The notes: generated by a model not told the origin, from the sequence alone. Counted from the stretch's first letter, positions 49,613-63,122 are shown. The stretch: 64,000 nucleotides of DNA from Mustelus asterias (GCF_964213995.1 NC_135811.1:77190001-77254000), one strand, 5' to 3'. Translations and numbers: made by a program.

Positions 49613-51230
49613 AGTTTGGTGACAGCCGATTTCTGCGAGTAACTAGAATTAGATTGAAAAAATTTCATCCTGAATTAGTGCCAGAATGAGAGAGAGAGAG
49701 AGAGAGGGGGAGTGAGTGAATCGTGCAAAAATGAAAAGGCCAGCTCCACAGCGATGAATGTATAGCTACAGCCTGTGATAAATTAAAAGGTTGATAACAT
49801 CGTCGAGGCACTTGAGAAGTTCAAACAAAAGTGCACACTGGAATTCAGTGACTTTCTAAAAGGCACTAGTGAGGAGGAAAGGGTCAGCTATATCCTTGTG
49901 TGGGTAGGAAAGAAATGGTTACATTTGTTCAAATAGCTGGGAGCTGAGTGGCAATGACAATAAAAAGACAGAAAATATTTTTGAAAAAAACCAGCGCACA
50001 TCTCCAGCCAAAGTCAAACCATCAGATGCATCAACGTGAGTTTCCAAGCCTAAGGCAGGAACCAGGTGAGCCTGTTGACAATTTCTTAACGGTCAAAGAA
50101 AGTAAATTCAAGGAAACAGATGCAAGACTGATATAGAATTATAGAATCCTTACAGTGCAGAAGGAGGCCATTTGGCCCATTGAGTCTTCACTGACTCTCT
50201 GATAGATCATCTTATCCAGATCCTATCCCCATAACCCCACATATTTACCCCATTCATCCCCCTAACCTAGTTACCTTGAGACACCTTGGGATACTAAGAG
50301 ACAATTTAGCCTAGCTAATCCACCTAACCTTCACATCTTTAGATTGTGGGAAGAAACCAGAGCACCGGGAGGAAACCCACGCAGATATGGGGAGAATGTG
50401 CAAACGCACACAGTTTCAACTTTAAAGTTTATTTATTTAGTGTCACAAGTAGGCTTACATTATCACTGCAATGGAGTTACTGTGAAAATCCTCTACTCTC
50501 CACACTCCACACACTTACAAGGTCAAAGTTCAGGATAAAACCCTAAAGAAGAACTTAGACCATCTCAGGGCCAGGGAGTCCATGTCCGAGCCACCCGGGC
50601 CACCGGTTATGGAGGTAACTACCGCCAGTGCCAGCCCTCAGCTTGAAGCTGCCTCCACTTTGGCCCCTCTGCATAGCGAAGATGTAGATTCTGAGTTGGA
50701 GGTCAAGGCCCTGGAACATCTGCTAAACGGACTGAGACCCATTGTGGAAGCAGTAACGTACACACCCAGCCCCTCCCTCAACCCCGCAACAGGCAGGTTT
50801 TCACACAGGCTGCATCTGTTCTGACACTGACCTCACACGAGATTAATTTCCAGAAAGGCCCGAAGGCGGGAACCACCCTTGTTTACTTATCCTGTGGCTG
50901 TGTCACAGTGTGGAACACAGGCATGCTGCTGAAACTCTCCAAAATCATCTGCTGTGTGAAAATATGACAAATAGTCAACCCCCATGATCAGCAAGGGTTC
51001 TGTGTGCACCTTAGAGATCAAATCAGCCATCCAAGTATAACCCACACTGGACTCCCACAGGAATCAATCCTTACACTGGCTTTCTTCAACAGATATACCA
51101 ATGACATATATACCCTCCCATAAAGTCACGGATTTTCACAGATGCTGATGAATAAGGTCTGGCTTTTCAGTCTAAAGAACTCCAGGATGTTGAGAAAAGA
51201 TTCACTAAAGACCCACGTTCTCTGGAAGCC
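49613..51230 (+). mobile_element. Decayed Gypsy LTR retrotransposon gag remnant with nested SINEs
   Basis: PBS-like tggtgacagc; DNIVEALEKFKQKCTLEFSDFLKGTSEEERVSYILVWVG...HLQPKSN...LRQEPGEPVDNFLT is Gypsy gag-like. Confidence 0.65.
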
Positions 51231-51720
51231 ACCTTCAGAAACTGCAGACTTTGCCCAAACGTTGCCAAGGTTGCCATTTCAGCTTTCCATGTGAACTCGA
51301 AGGCGAGGGAGGAATTTCTTCCAGTTCTGTGGCCAACCACTCACCCATGACCCAACGCACAAATACCTTGGCACCACTCCTGACTGTACATTGACTTGGC
51401 AGCAACACATCCAGAACACGAGAGCCAAGCTCAAAATGAGGGTGAAGCCCCATGCAGCTACTACCTGGGGTTGCAAACGCCACCATCCGCAACCTGCTAA
51501 CAGAGTGGTGAGGTCCCAAGTTTCAAACTCCCGCAGAAAATCTGGACAACCCTCAACTACTTGAGGACGGGCCAGCGAAGGTGCCCACTTGCTCCACAAG
51601 CGGAACATAGGGAACCGCTCAAATTGTGACTGTGGCCGTGCCAGTCAGACCATCGCCCACAGACTCCTGCCCTGAGAGATCCGTTCCTGGTGGCATCACT
51701 TTGCTCAGAAGGGCATTAAC
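51230..51720 (+). mobile_element. I-group (Ingi/Nimb-like) non-LTR RT remnant
   Basis: FCGQPLTHDPTHKYLGTTPDCTLTWQQHIQNTRAKL...TTWG resembles KYLGVTLDRTL.F..H...WGA. Confidence 0.6.
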
Positions 51721-52559
51721 TGCTTGTTGGGTTACAATTCTACAATTTAAAAAAAATATGTTTATGGGACTTGGGCGCCACCGGCTGGCCTGGCATTTTT
51801 ATTGGCCAGCGAGAGAAGAAATATGGAGTTAGGAGGACTAGGTATGGTAAATGCATGGGGTTGTGGGGATAGGGGCTGGGTTGGTGCAGACTCGGTGGGC
51901 TGAATGGCCTCCTTCTGCACTGTAGTATTCTATGATTCTATAAAATACTGCTCACCACCATTCATGAGTCAGTCGATAGGGTGACAGATGGCATCAATCA
52001 GATTGCAAAGAATCTCATATCTGAGCCTCAGCCCACAGCTAGTTGATGGCTAGATATGGTAGATACCAACCACTGAGATCAACTAACCCAACTTAGAGCA
52101 AGCAACAAAATCTGGCAGCCCCGACTCTGTGCGGCTCAGTATATGGGAAAGCCTTCTGTATTAGTTTCACCCACTTACAAAAATACCACTTAACTTGGAA
52201 GATTTGTATGTTGCATGTCACATGCCTTTTGCACCAGAAGGCAGGTAGACTGCACAATGATTAAAAGTCATTGTGGAAACTTACGAAACCCACACATGTG
52301 ACTTATCGGCTGGTGTTTCATTATTATGAATCACATGCATCTGTCATGAAATTTCACCTCACCAAAGAACTACATTTACTTCAATTGCAATTAAACTAAA
52401 CTAAAACATTGAGTTGAAGTCTGTTTTAGTTGTATTTGGTGAGTACTAAATCCTGTAAACACTTCTCATAGACAAAATTGGAGCTGTATTCACTGCTGTG
52501 GTGACAATTTTTCAGAGTGAAAGGAGACAGTACTGGTGTATGCTTGACAACAACTTGCT

Positions 52560-52790
52560 TTTAGCTAGTAGCCCTCGCATACGCTACACAGCGTGAGATG
52601 TGATTGGCTCTTTACTGATGTAACCTCAGCCAGTGAGCAGCAGCCAATTTGAAGAAGTGCGGTTGAGTGACAATTGTTTAAGTTGTGCCACTAGAGAGAG
52701 ATCTTCACCTGCCAATCAATCCTGACAACCAAAGTGGAGGTATCCTTTTCAGCCAAATGAGGGCGCCAGTTGCCTACTAACAGCAACTGG
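52560..52790. promoter_or_regulatory. Candidate regulatory element (CCAAT cluster)
   Basis: Unique sequence with gattggc, gccaatt, gccaatc and tgatgtaa within about 120 bp. Motif evidence only. Confidence 0.2.
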
Positions 52791-52894
52791 TCGGACCTTA
52801 GAGGGATTGCCAGCACGTTCTGTTAAAAAAAAATGAGCAAATCCTGACTAGATTGTCCTGCATACTTCCAACATTTCACAGTTTTATCAGTGGC

Positions 52895-53431
52895 GCCGCA
52901 TCACCTCTCCCTCATGGAGAAATTTATTCAGAGACACACCTTTGACCACATGGCGATCGAGCAGTGGTCAGCGCGTAATGTCCTCGAGGCCCCTGACGGA
53001 AAAGGAGAAACCTGTTGATCTTCCAGTGTGAAGAATTGTCCCCCACCGAATGTTGCAGACTGGCACATTCCAAAGTCCAGGACTATGTACTGGGGCGGCC
53101 GTCGCAAAGGCATAATGGGAAAAGGCAACTGTGTAAGGCCTTTCAGCCAATGTAGACCGAGGGGCTAGTAACTGGGAAAAGCCCTCGGACTGCGTAACTG
53201 TGTGTATCTCTATAAAAGCACCACACAGTGCAATTTGACGAATGTACACAGTTTGATAAAGAATTTGGCATTGTATTGTAATATATGAAACATTTTGGAC
53301 TGAACACTGTAAATTTTGATGTTAATGAAAATGTAAATATGACCGTTTTTGCTGTTGTAATGATTGGAAATATTTCTGTAATTTTTTTTCAAATTATATA
53401 TGAATAAAGTATATTTTTAAAATTAGAAAAA
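52895..53431 (+). mobile_element. L1-Tx1 LINE 3' end, internally deleted, with 15-bp TSD
   Basis: IEQWSARNVLEA and NLLIFQCEELSPTECCRLAHSKVQDYVL motifs, AATAAA and A-rich tail. TSD agttttatcagtggc (52880-52894) / agtttgatcagtggc (53432-53446). Confidence 0.85.
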
Positions 53432-54384
53432 AGTTTGATCAGTGGCAGACTTACACTTTGTGGGACCCCGCGCTCACCTTCATTTCTGGCCCCCCTCCCC
53501 CAGTTATGTCACGGCCCTCCCCCCATGATGTTACGCTCCTCCCCACAATGACCAGCACAGAGACCTTGGACTCTGTCCTCCCTCAGACTGACAATGCTGC
53601 TGTAACACACAACAACACTACAGTGAGCTGTATATTCCAGACTCAATTTATCAATTGTGCAGCCTCCCTATATACAGCTGAGAAAGAGCTGGAGATCATT
53701 CAGGCATGATACTTTGAACTGGGTAGAGACACCAGCCTTGCAAGATTTCTAAATTGTTTACCCAAAGGATATTAGTGATGTGGAATAATTTACCGTGGGA
53801 ATCTGTTGAAGTCGATAGTAAAATTGGATTCAAGAGGCATTTTTAGACCTCAGAAGGTGCAGGATCCTATGTATGCTTAGCTCTGTTTGCTTCAGTCTAT
53901 GCAAAGGCTTCATTTTAAGATACTTCTGCCTATGCAATTCCATTTAAATGCTAGACTGCAGGGGTTTACTAACTTAGTTTTAACTTGACTACATTTTAAA
54001 ACTCAGAAGGCATGCTGGGTTAACTAGAAATTGACCACATTCCTGAAAAGTATAATGCAAGCAAGACAAGCTTTCCATAAGCAAAACACGTTTTTCATAA
54101 ACAACATCTACCAGGCCTGATTCTCCAAGTTGGAGACAGCAATGAGTGACATATGTTGTAGTTTCAGCTCTGTGTTTTCAGTTCAGCTTTGTTTTTGAGT
54201 TCAGTGTGTTCAAGGTCAGTACAGGAGGCTGGCAGTGAAAAAGCCAGTCTCTCCAACTTTTCTCTTTCTTTTCGCTTCTGTAATGTTAATTTTAAGTTTT
54301 GTTCAATAAAACAAAACCATTGTACCAGTGCTGTCTTCGTCAATTCAAAGGAATGAATTGACCCTACAGAAGAGTTTGACTGTC

Positions 54385-54812
54385 TGGTGCTCCCTTCAAT
54401 GACCGGTGCTCGCACCTCACTTTGATGACCTCCCTTCACAGCTGGCTGCTTGGCAATGGCCTTGCCTGCCCTAGCCTGGGAGTTGAGTCGCCCCATTGCT
54501 CCCGTCAATGACCGGCACCTCTCACCTCACTCAAAACTTTGCCTCGCTGCTGGCTGCCTAGATATGGCCTGCCCAGTCCTCCTCAGCCCTGGGAGCCGAA
54601 TTGCCCCTGCTCCCCTCAATGAACGCACCTCAGTGTTGGCTGCCTGGACATAGACTGCCCAGTCTATCTCAGCCCTGGCTGGGGACTGAGTCGCTCTGCC
54701 GCTCCCCTTGATGACTGGCACCTCGCAGTTCACCTAGGCGATGACTGGCTCGCCTCGCTGCTGCCTCAGGCTGCCTGGCTTTGGCCTGCCCTCCTCAGCC
54801 CTGGGTCGAGAT
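54385..54812. repeat. Degenerate GC-rich tandem repeat, 4 units of about 95-110 bp
   Basis: Recurrent gctccc.tcaatga ... ggctgcct ... cagccctgg; units start at about 54388, 54497, 54608 and 54701. Confidence 0.75.
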
Positions 54813-54939
54813 CGAGAAACCTGCTGCCTTTTTTACAAAAACATAAGAGAAGATCTTTGCCTTGACTGCTGCCTCTCTACCTCCCAATCACCTCAACAAC
54901 TTTGGATCAGTGTTTTCCCGCTCTAAGGGGACTCCACCA

Positions 54940-55210
54940 ATCAGAGCCTGATCTCTGTCTGTGTGGAGTCTCCAGGTTTTCCCCGTGTCTGCATGAGTTT
55001 CCTCCAGGTGCTCCGATTTCCTCCCACAGCCCAAAGGTGTGCGGGTTAGGTGGATTGGCCATGCTAAATTGCCCCTTAGGGTCATGGGGACTAGCTAAGG
55101 TAAATACACGGAGTTATGGGGATAGAGCCTGGGTGGGATTGCGCTCGGTGCAGACTCAATGGGCCGAATGGCCTCCTTCTGTGCCGTAGGGATTCTACGA
55201 TTCTATGATT
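54940..55210 (+). mobile_element. HE1-type SINE (5' truncated)
   Basis: V-domain and tail. Confidence 0.85.
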
Positions 55211-55589
55211 GCCTGATGATAGGCTCATTTGTATTTGTTGAGTCTATCAACAAATGCAGAGCTATCAGGCTAGCTCTAATTGGTGCCCAAGAAATGCCGA
55301 CAGGCACCCACCAACACGGGGTGTTGGTTGGGGCCCTGGGCCTGGGAATGGTGTGTTTCATTGTATGTCCGCCCCTGAGTTTAATATTTTTTTTCTCATT
55401 TAATTCTAATTAAATTAAAACTCATTCACAAACACAGCAAGGTTATTAATCAAAACTGTAAAGATGGACCAATGTGTTCAGAGTGAAATATGTCTTCAAG
55501 AAATTTAATGAAAATTTGAAACTGATTAAAAATCTGCAATGTGAATTGAAACTAAATATTCTGGCCTATTTTTGGATAGGCTTAATCAG

Positions 55590-55950
55590 CTTTCTGTGCC
55601 TGGTGTACTGTTCTCATGTAATGGGAAATATTGAGGCTTTGGGGAGAGTGCAGTGGAGGGAGCCATATTCATTCCAAGTTTAAAACATTTTAGTTACATA
55701 GATAGGCTCAAGGAACTGGGTGCCTATACTTTAGCGCAGTGTAGATTTATGGGCTACTTGATTGAGATTAATAAATTAATCAAGAAACGAGATTCTTTTC
55801 TGCAGACCAGTTATTTCAACATTAGGAAGATTTCGTATCAGGTTTGGAGATTGTGGAAGAGTAGAACTGGGTTGGATGTTAGATGGTTCTTCTTTGCCTA
55901 GAGAATAATGATTACAGTTTGTCAGTGTGTGCAATGAATGCTGATTTGCT
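55590..55950 (+). mobile_element. Old CR1 remnant
   Basis: IEAL.RVQ.R...SY.DRLKELG.YTL...R..G.LIE..K pattern. Confidence 0.65.
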
Positions 55951-56457
55951 TAATTCCTTTGAATTCTGGATCTGTTTCTGGCTTGGGCTGAGGTCACCAT
56001 TTATCAGTGCGCCACCCTGTATATAAATCAAGGCTAATGTGGTCTCCTGAACCAGTTCCGTTTGCCTCAGAGGGTTGAAGAGGAATTTTCCTGTTCAGTC
56101 CTCCTAATTGGCCTGGGATTTTTAAAGTCTCTTCCAGGAAATTATATGGCTCTGGTTGAAGTGGGGAACATCTGTGTTGTGATACATTTATTAGCATAGC
56201 TGTTTAGGCAGACTGAATGGCCAATAACTCTGGTCTGTCATTTTTAAAAATAGCTTTACACATTCGTGTGCAGGTGAAAAGTGAAAAGAAAGATTCGCAT
56301 TTTGGGTCGTGTCTTTTCATTGGAAAATAATTCTGAGAATTAGTGAAATATAATTGTCAGTGATTCCTGTCACAAGTTGATTTAACAGTATGTTGAGTGA
56401 GAAGGATGATGGACAAGTAGGCTTTTACTAGAATAAAGAAATTAAGAGGTAACAGGT

Positions 56458-57085
56458 CATAGAAACATAGAAAATAGGATGAGGAGGAGACCATTCAGCC
56501 CTTCGAGCCTGCATCACCGTTCATTATGATCTTGGCTGATCATCCGACTAAATAGCCTGATCCCGCCTTCACCCCATATCCTTAGATTCCCTTCAGCTCA
56601 AGTGCTATCTCTAACTCCCACAATGTTATGGCCTCAACTACTTTCTGTGGTAGTGAATTCCACAGGCTGACCTCTGGGTGAAGACATTTCTCCTCATCTC
56701 TGTCCTAAAAGGTCTACTCTGTGTCCTCAAACTGTGACCCTTGGCTCCGGACACCCCCACCATCGGGAACACCCTTCTTCTATCTACCCTGTCTAGTCCT
56801 GTTGGAATTTTATAGGTTTCTATCAGATCCCCCCTCATTCTCCTGAACTCCAGCAAATACAATCCTAACCGATTCAGTGGGCGGGATTTTCCAGCCGCGC
56901 TCACCTCGAAAACGGAAAATCCCGCCCAAGCTGAATGGAACTTTCCATGGTCTGTCCCTCGCCTGCTATGGTTCCCTAGGTGGGTGGGAAGGAAAAATTC
57001 TCCCCCAATCTCTCCTTATATGTCAATCCTTCCATCCCAAGAATCAGTCTGGGGAAACTTTCTCCGCATTCCCTCTAGAGCAAGG
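56458..57085 (-). mobile_element. CR1 3' fragment interrupted by a MITE (56879-57006)
   Basis: RLGLYLLEFRRMRGDLIETYKI. Confidence 0.88.
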
Positions 57086-57676
57086 TCATTGAACCCATAA
57101 TGTTGTGCCAATACTTGACTAGTGCAATTCAAGATTAATTCAATCGCTCTGTTCTCTGAAAAGCACTGCATCTTCTCTGCTTTAAATATTTATTCACATT
57201 TCCTTTAAAAATAAAACAACTGTCTCAGCCACAACCATTCCCTTTGGTAATTACAGTGGACACGCAAGTGCATTGAATGCATTCGTAAATTTAGCGACCA
57301 AAATCAGTGGAAAAGGTAACAAACTATTCGTCCATTCTACCGATGTGCTTTCCCATTCATCCAAGAATGAATAAACAAACATTGATTGAGAAATCTGGAC
57401 ATGGCACCCGAGGCTTTGTCAATGTCATCAACGGCAACAATGTGCAGTTGTAGCCAAATCCAGAAAGTCTTTTGAGGATGTTGCTGACATTGTGGTATGA
57501 AATGCAAATATTTAATACCTGGATTTTCAGGAAGCTTTTGACATTGTTTCATACCCACAATGAACAGTCAAAGCCATGGAGCCATGAACTAGAGGCTGAA
57601 ACATGATACTGGGTAGATCAATGGTTTGGTAGAATAACCATCAACTGGAGTGTACCAGGATTGGTCTTTCGAGTCA

Positions 57677-58260
57677 GTCATAGAGGTTTACAGCATAGAA
57701 ATAAGCCCTTCGGCCTAACTTGTCCATACTGCTCAGTTTTTACCACGAGGCTAATCCCAATTGCTTGCATTTGGCCCATATCGCTCTATATCCATCTTAC
57801 CCATGTAACTGTCTAAGTGCTTTTTAAAAGAAAAAATTGTACCCGCCTCTACTGCCTCTGGCAGCTCATTCCAGACACTCACCATCCTCTGAAAGATTTG
57901 CTCCTTTGGACTCTTTTGAATCTTTCCCCCCTCATTTTAAACCTATGCCCTCTAGTTTTAGACTCTCCTACCTTTGGGAAAAGATGTTGATTATCTACCT
58001 TATCTATGCCCCTCATTATTTTATAGACCTCTATAAGATCACCCCTAAGCCTCCTAAACCAAGGAAAAAAGTCCCAGTCTGTCCAGCCCCTCCTTATAAC
58101 TCAAACCATCAAGTCCCGGTAGCATCCTAGTAAATCTTTTCTGCACTCTTTCTAGTTTGATAATACCCTTTCTGTAATAGGGTGACCAGAACTGTGCACA
58201 ATATTCCAAATGTGGCCTTACTAATGTCTTGGACAACTTCAACAAGATGTCCCAACTCAT
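57677..58260 (-). mobile_element. CR1 (HER1-like) 3' fragment
   Basis: LVRPHLEYCAQFWSPYYRK; 3' UTR as in 877-1400. Confidence 0.9.
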
Positions 58261-58400
58261 GACTTGGTTGAGAGTAATGACATTAAAGGAGTAAATCCAA
58301 GTTTGCAGCTGATAATAAAATGAGAGACAGGGCAGAAAAGGGAGCATTGACGTCACCACATTCAGAAGGAGGTAAGAGTTATCAAGCTCAATGATACCAA

Positions 58401-58680
58401 ATGGCACGGTAGCACAGTGGTTAGCACTGCAGCTTCATAGCGCCAGGGACCTGGGTTCAATTCCTGGCTTGGGTCACTGTCTGTATGGAGTCTGCACATT
58501 CTCCCCGTGTCTACGTGGGTTTCCTCCAGGTGCTCCGGTTTCCTCCCACATTCTGAAAGACGTGCTGGTCAGGTGCATTGACCTGAAAAGGCGCCGCACT
58601 ATGGCGACTAGGGGAATTTCACAGTAACTTCATTGCAGTGTTAATGCAAGCCTTACTTGTGACTAATAAATAAACTTTAA
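58401..58680 (+). mobile_element. Type B SINE
   Basis: Head plus Rex1-like tail. Confidence 0.88.
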
Positions 58681-59595
58681 AATGTAATTCCATGCCAAAG
58701 CATACAAAATAATTAGCCTGAGAGTAAGGCAAAGAATGATTAGGAAAGAGAACTAAAACAATTATATAGCATTTCCTCATATAACTGAAATGGCTTGAAG
58801 TTTATCACATAATGAATTGCTTTGAGAAATATGTAGGTGAGCATGCCAGTAACATTCCACAAACAGCAACAATATGAATCACTTAATCTGAGGAATGAGT
58901 CAAAAAGCCTTCCTCATCCAAAAATCTTTTCCAGTGTTTTATTTTCACCTTTCCTTCCAGACAGTGGAATCCCCACCCTTTGTCCTGGATGGTGTCGAGT
59001 TTTTTGAGTATTGTTGGAGCTGCACATATCCTGGCTTGTGTCTTGTAGATAGATGGTGGACAAGAGATTTGAGGAGTCAGGAAGCAAGTTACTCTCTGCA
59101 GAATCCCCAGCTTCTGATCTGCCATTGTAGCCACAGTCTCCATATGGCTGGTCCAGTTTCATTTGTGGTCAATGGGAACCCCCAGGATGGTGGTACATGT
59201 ATGATTGAATTGTTCCCAGACTTTTACTGTGAGCCACGGACAAACCCAGAAAACAAGTACAACATGATTCCTGCTCAATGAGTGGGAGTCAAGGGGTGAA
59301 ATTGAACTATGCCAGCAATGCAAAACATGTTTGTAATGAATAGGCAGCCAACCTATCACCATGCCAAATTTTATTTATCCATTGAGCTGCAAAATATTGC
59401 CAAGATTTTTAAATTTCAAAGGGAGTAAAAGTAACATCAGACTAGGAATTGAGTCTCCAGAGTTTAGACCATATTTAATAATGATCATTACACTACCGGA
59501 TTGCTCTAAAAACCCATCACTAATGTCCTAGAGTGTAAGAAATCTGTCCTTGTTACCTGGTCTGGCCTACATATGACATTTTTTTTCCTTTTTCC

Positions 59596-60260
59596 ATAGA
59601 ATTATAGAATCTCTACAGTGCAGAAGGAGGCCATTCAGCCCATCGATTCCACACCAACTACAATCCCACTCAGGCCCTATCCCCATAATCGTACACATTT
59701 ACCCTGCCAATCCCCTAACACTATTTAATATGGCCAGTCAACCTAATCCGCACATCTTTGGACTGTGGGAAGGGGAAACTGGAGCACCCAGAGGAAACCC
59801 ACGCAGACACGGGAAGAATGTGCAAACTCCACACAGACAGTGACCTGATGCCGGAATTGAACCCAGCAGTGCTAACCACTGTGCCACCATGCCGCCCCTA
59901 CCACTGTGCCACCATGCCACCCCATTCAGCATATGAGCATCTCTGGCAAGATCAGCATTTGTTTTCCATCCCTAATTGCCCTCTAACTAAGTGGCTGGCT
60001 GGACCATTTCAAGGTTATGGAGTCACATGGGTAAGGGTGGTAGATTTCCTCCCCCAGAGGACATTAGTGAATCAAATGGGTTTTTACAACAATCAATGAG
60101 ATTTTCATGTCACCATTACAGAGGCCAGCTTTTGATTCCAGATTTATTAATTCAAATTCCACCAACTGCTGTGGTGGGATTTGAACTCATGTGCCCAGAG
60201 TATAGTCCAGGTATCTGCATTAACAGTGTAGTGACACTACCACTACACTACCAAAACCCC
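59596..60260 (-). mobile_element. HE1-type SINE followed by SINE family C
   Basis: 59596-59925 is type A; 59930-60260 is family C. Confidence 0.8.
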
Positions 60261-60339
60261 TAAGAGCTACAAACCTGCAGCAATATTAGTTGACTTTTCT
60301 GCAGCATGCCACACAGTTGGTTTCAAACTGGTACAGAAA

Positions 60340-60470
60340 AAGCACCATGAACACAGACTGCCACAGTTCAAGAAGACAAATCCTCGTCATCATCTTCTCA
60401 AGGGTATTTAGGAATGGGCAATAAATGTTGCCCTTGCCAGTGATGCTCACATCCCAGGAATTAATAAAAG
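60340..60470 (+). mobile_element. CR1-like LINE 3' end (partner tail of SINE family C)
   Basis: QFKK...HHLLKG remnant followed by aggaatgggcaataaatgttgcccttgccagtgatgctcacatccc. Confidence 0.6.
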
Positions 60471-60529
60471 ATACATTTTAGTATTGCACAATGTGCCATT
60501 CATTTAGAACATTGATATTGTTAGATCAT

Positions 60530-60890
60530 AAAGAAAGAACTTGGATTGACATAGTACCTTTCACAATCTCAGGATATCCCAAAGCATTTTGCAACCAATG
60601 ACTTACATTGGAAGTATAGCCACTGTTGTGATGTGGGAAATGAGGCAGCCAGTATGTGTACAACAAGACACCACAAACACCATTGTGACGCTGTGTAAAT
60701 AATTTGTTTCATTTTTAGTGGTGTCGGGCAAGGACGGCAAGGAAAAGCTTCCATTCCACTTCGATATAGTGGCATGTGGAATTTTTCCACCCACCTTGGT
60801 TTAACTTCTCATCTGAAAGACAACTCGGGGATTGCAGCGCTGTCTCAATCCTGCCATGAAGTGCCAGCCTAGATTTTGTACTCAAGTTTC
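60530..60890 (-). mobile_element. Deu-domain SINE
   Basis: Matches the 19425-19790 pattern. Confidence 0.6.
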
Positions 60891-61636
60891 AAACAGGCAT
60901 ACTCAGCTGTGAACTCATATCCTTCTGTCTCTCTTTAACCCTCAGCGTTTCCCCACAGTAATGTGACTGAAATAGGCAATTAAGTATAAGGGGGTGATCA
61001 TACATGCTTCCAGCACTCCAAGGCTGAGTGTGTTATGTCCTGCAGTACCAAAAGGAACTTCAGAAAAAGAACACGGTGCTATTTTATTGCAACAAGTTGC
61101 ATTTCTTACACAACTTCAACATTGCAAAATGTACCAAAGTGCTTCCTAATTGGGTGGCAAAACTGAGCATGAGTGAGAGTGAAGTTAGCTGACACAGTAT
61201 CGTGGACTTTAAGAGACTTTCAAGATGCGAAACAGATGTAGGTTTAGAAGAGGAATTCCAGATTATGCACAATTAAATGCTGCATCAACAATCCAGGGAC
61301 AGAAGGAGAGAGGGAAGCAGGAAGGAGACTGAGTTGGCAAAGCAAGGCTGTGGGTAGGAACACAGTATCAGAAGAAGGTTCAAAAGTAGTAAAGGGAGTC
61401 TTGGAGGACTCCGAAAGTAAGGATTTTCAAATGAGGAATGGGGTCCTACAGAGGTTAGCAGGTGTTGAGTGGGATTTAATGCACAATGGGATGTAGCAGC
61501 AGAGTGCTCAATGTGCTGTTATTGATGTAAACCTGGCAGGCCAATGGTATAGTTTGGGATAAATTGAATGTGAGATGAAAAAGGTGTCGATGAAGTAGTG
61601 GAACTGGGATAAGGACTAAGACGGTGATGGTTCAGA

Positions 61637-62331
61637 GCCAGTCTGCAGGTACAACAGGTGATCAAGAAGGCAAATGGGATGTTGGCCTATATTGCGAAGG
61701 GGATAGAATATAAAAGCAGGGATGTCTTGATGCTCCTGTACAGGGCATTGGTGAGGCCGCAGCTGGAATACTGTGTGCAGTATTGGTCCCCTTATATGAG
61801 GAAGGATATATTGGCATTGGAGGGAGTGCAGAGAAGGTTCACCAGGTTGATACCGGAGATGAGGGGTTTGGATTATGAGGAGAGGCTGAGGAGATTGGGT
61901 TTGTACTCGTTGGAGTTTAGAAGGATGAGGGGGGATCTTATGGAGACTTATAAGATCATGCGGGGGCTGGATAGGGTGGAGGCGGAGAGATTCTTTCCAC
62001 TTAGAAAGGAAGATAAAACTAGAGGACACAGCCTCAAAATAAAGGGGGGTCGGTTTAAGACAGAGTTGAGGAGGAACTTCTTCTCCCAGAGGGTGGTGAA
62101 TCTCTGGAATTCTCTGCCCACTGAGGTGGTGGAGGCTACCTCGCTGAATATGTTTAAAGCGCGGATGGATGGATTCCTGATCGGTAAGGGAATTAAGGGT
62201 TATGGGGATCAGGCGGGTAAGTGGTACTGATCCACGTCAGATCAGCCATGATCTTATTGAATGGCGGGGCAGGCTCGAGGGGCTAGATGGCCTACTCCTG
62301 CTCCTATTTCTTATGTTCTTATGTTCTTATG
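61637..62331 (+). mobile_element. Young CR1 LINE 3' fragment with intact ORF2 end and tail
   Basis: ORF 61658-62230 is uninterrupted; tail (ttcttatg)n. Confidence 0.95.
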
Positions 62332-62770
62332 AAACAGACAGTAAAGGTGATGGATTGGTTGCAGAGTTTGTGCAACTGTAGTTTGAGTCGAACAATATGG
62401 TTGATGAAACAACTCCTCCGAGGCCAGTGTCCCTTTACCAAATTTAGATTGATTTACAGAGTAAGTAACACACCGACAAGTACTTCTTACAGAGTATAAA
62501 CCCAAAGTGCCAGTAAGCCTGACACTCCACATTATATACACATGCAGGGCTCCCTGATTTGACAAGCCATTACTGCCTTAATCAACAAGCTCATATTCTA
62601 AGAGGTCCAGATCGGGGGCCTCGGTAAAGTTATTACAGTTGAATTGGGCTTAAGCAGACAAGGGATGAGCTGAGGAGCTAGGGTGCAGGGTGTCGAGCAG
62701 AGAGCGAACAGGATGACCTCTGTATCAAGGATTAAAAAACAGAAAATTCTGGATAAGCAGAATCTGGGGT

Positions 62771-63122
62771 TTGATTTGATTTATTATTGTCACATGTATT
62801 GGGATACAATGAAAAGTATTGTTTCTTGCACCCTATACAGACAAAACATACCATTCATAGAGTGCACAGGGAGAAGGAAAAGAGAGGGTGCAGAATGTAA
62901 CGTTACAGTTAAAGCTAGGGTGTAGAGAAAGTTCAGCTTAATATAAGGTTCAAAAGTCTGATGGCAGCAGGGAAGAAGCTGTTCTTGAATCGGTTGGTAC
63001 ATGTTCTCAGACATTTTCTTGATGGAAGAAAGTGGAAGCGAGCATGTCCGGGGTGCGTGAGGTCCTTGATTATGCTGGCTACTTTTCCGAGGCAGTGGAA
63101 AGTGTAGATTGCGGCAGCCATG
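62771..63122 (-). mobile_element. Rex1/Babar-type LINE 3' end
   Basis: IIKDLTHPGHARF..LPS...TNRFKNSFFPAAIRLLN; tail tacatgtgacaataataaatcaaatcaaa. Confidence 0.8.

Noticed and set aside
2028-59932. Many ORFs of the type MVAQWLALLPHSARDPGSIP…CGVCTFSP
   Set aside because: These are chance translations of HE1-type SINE copies, not a gene family.
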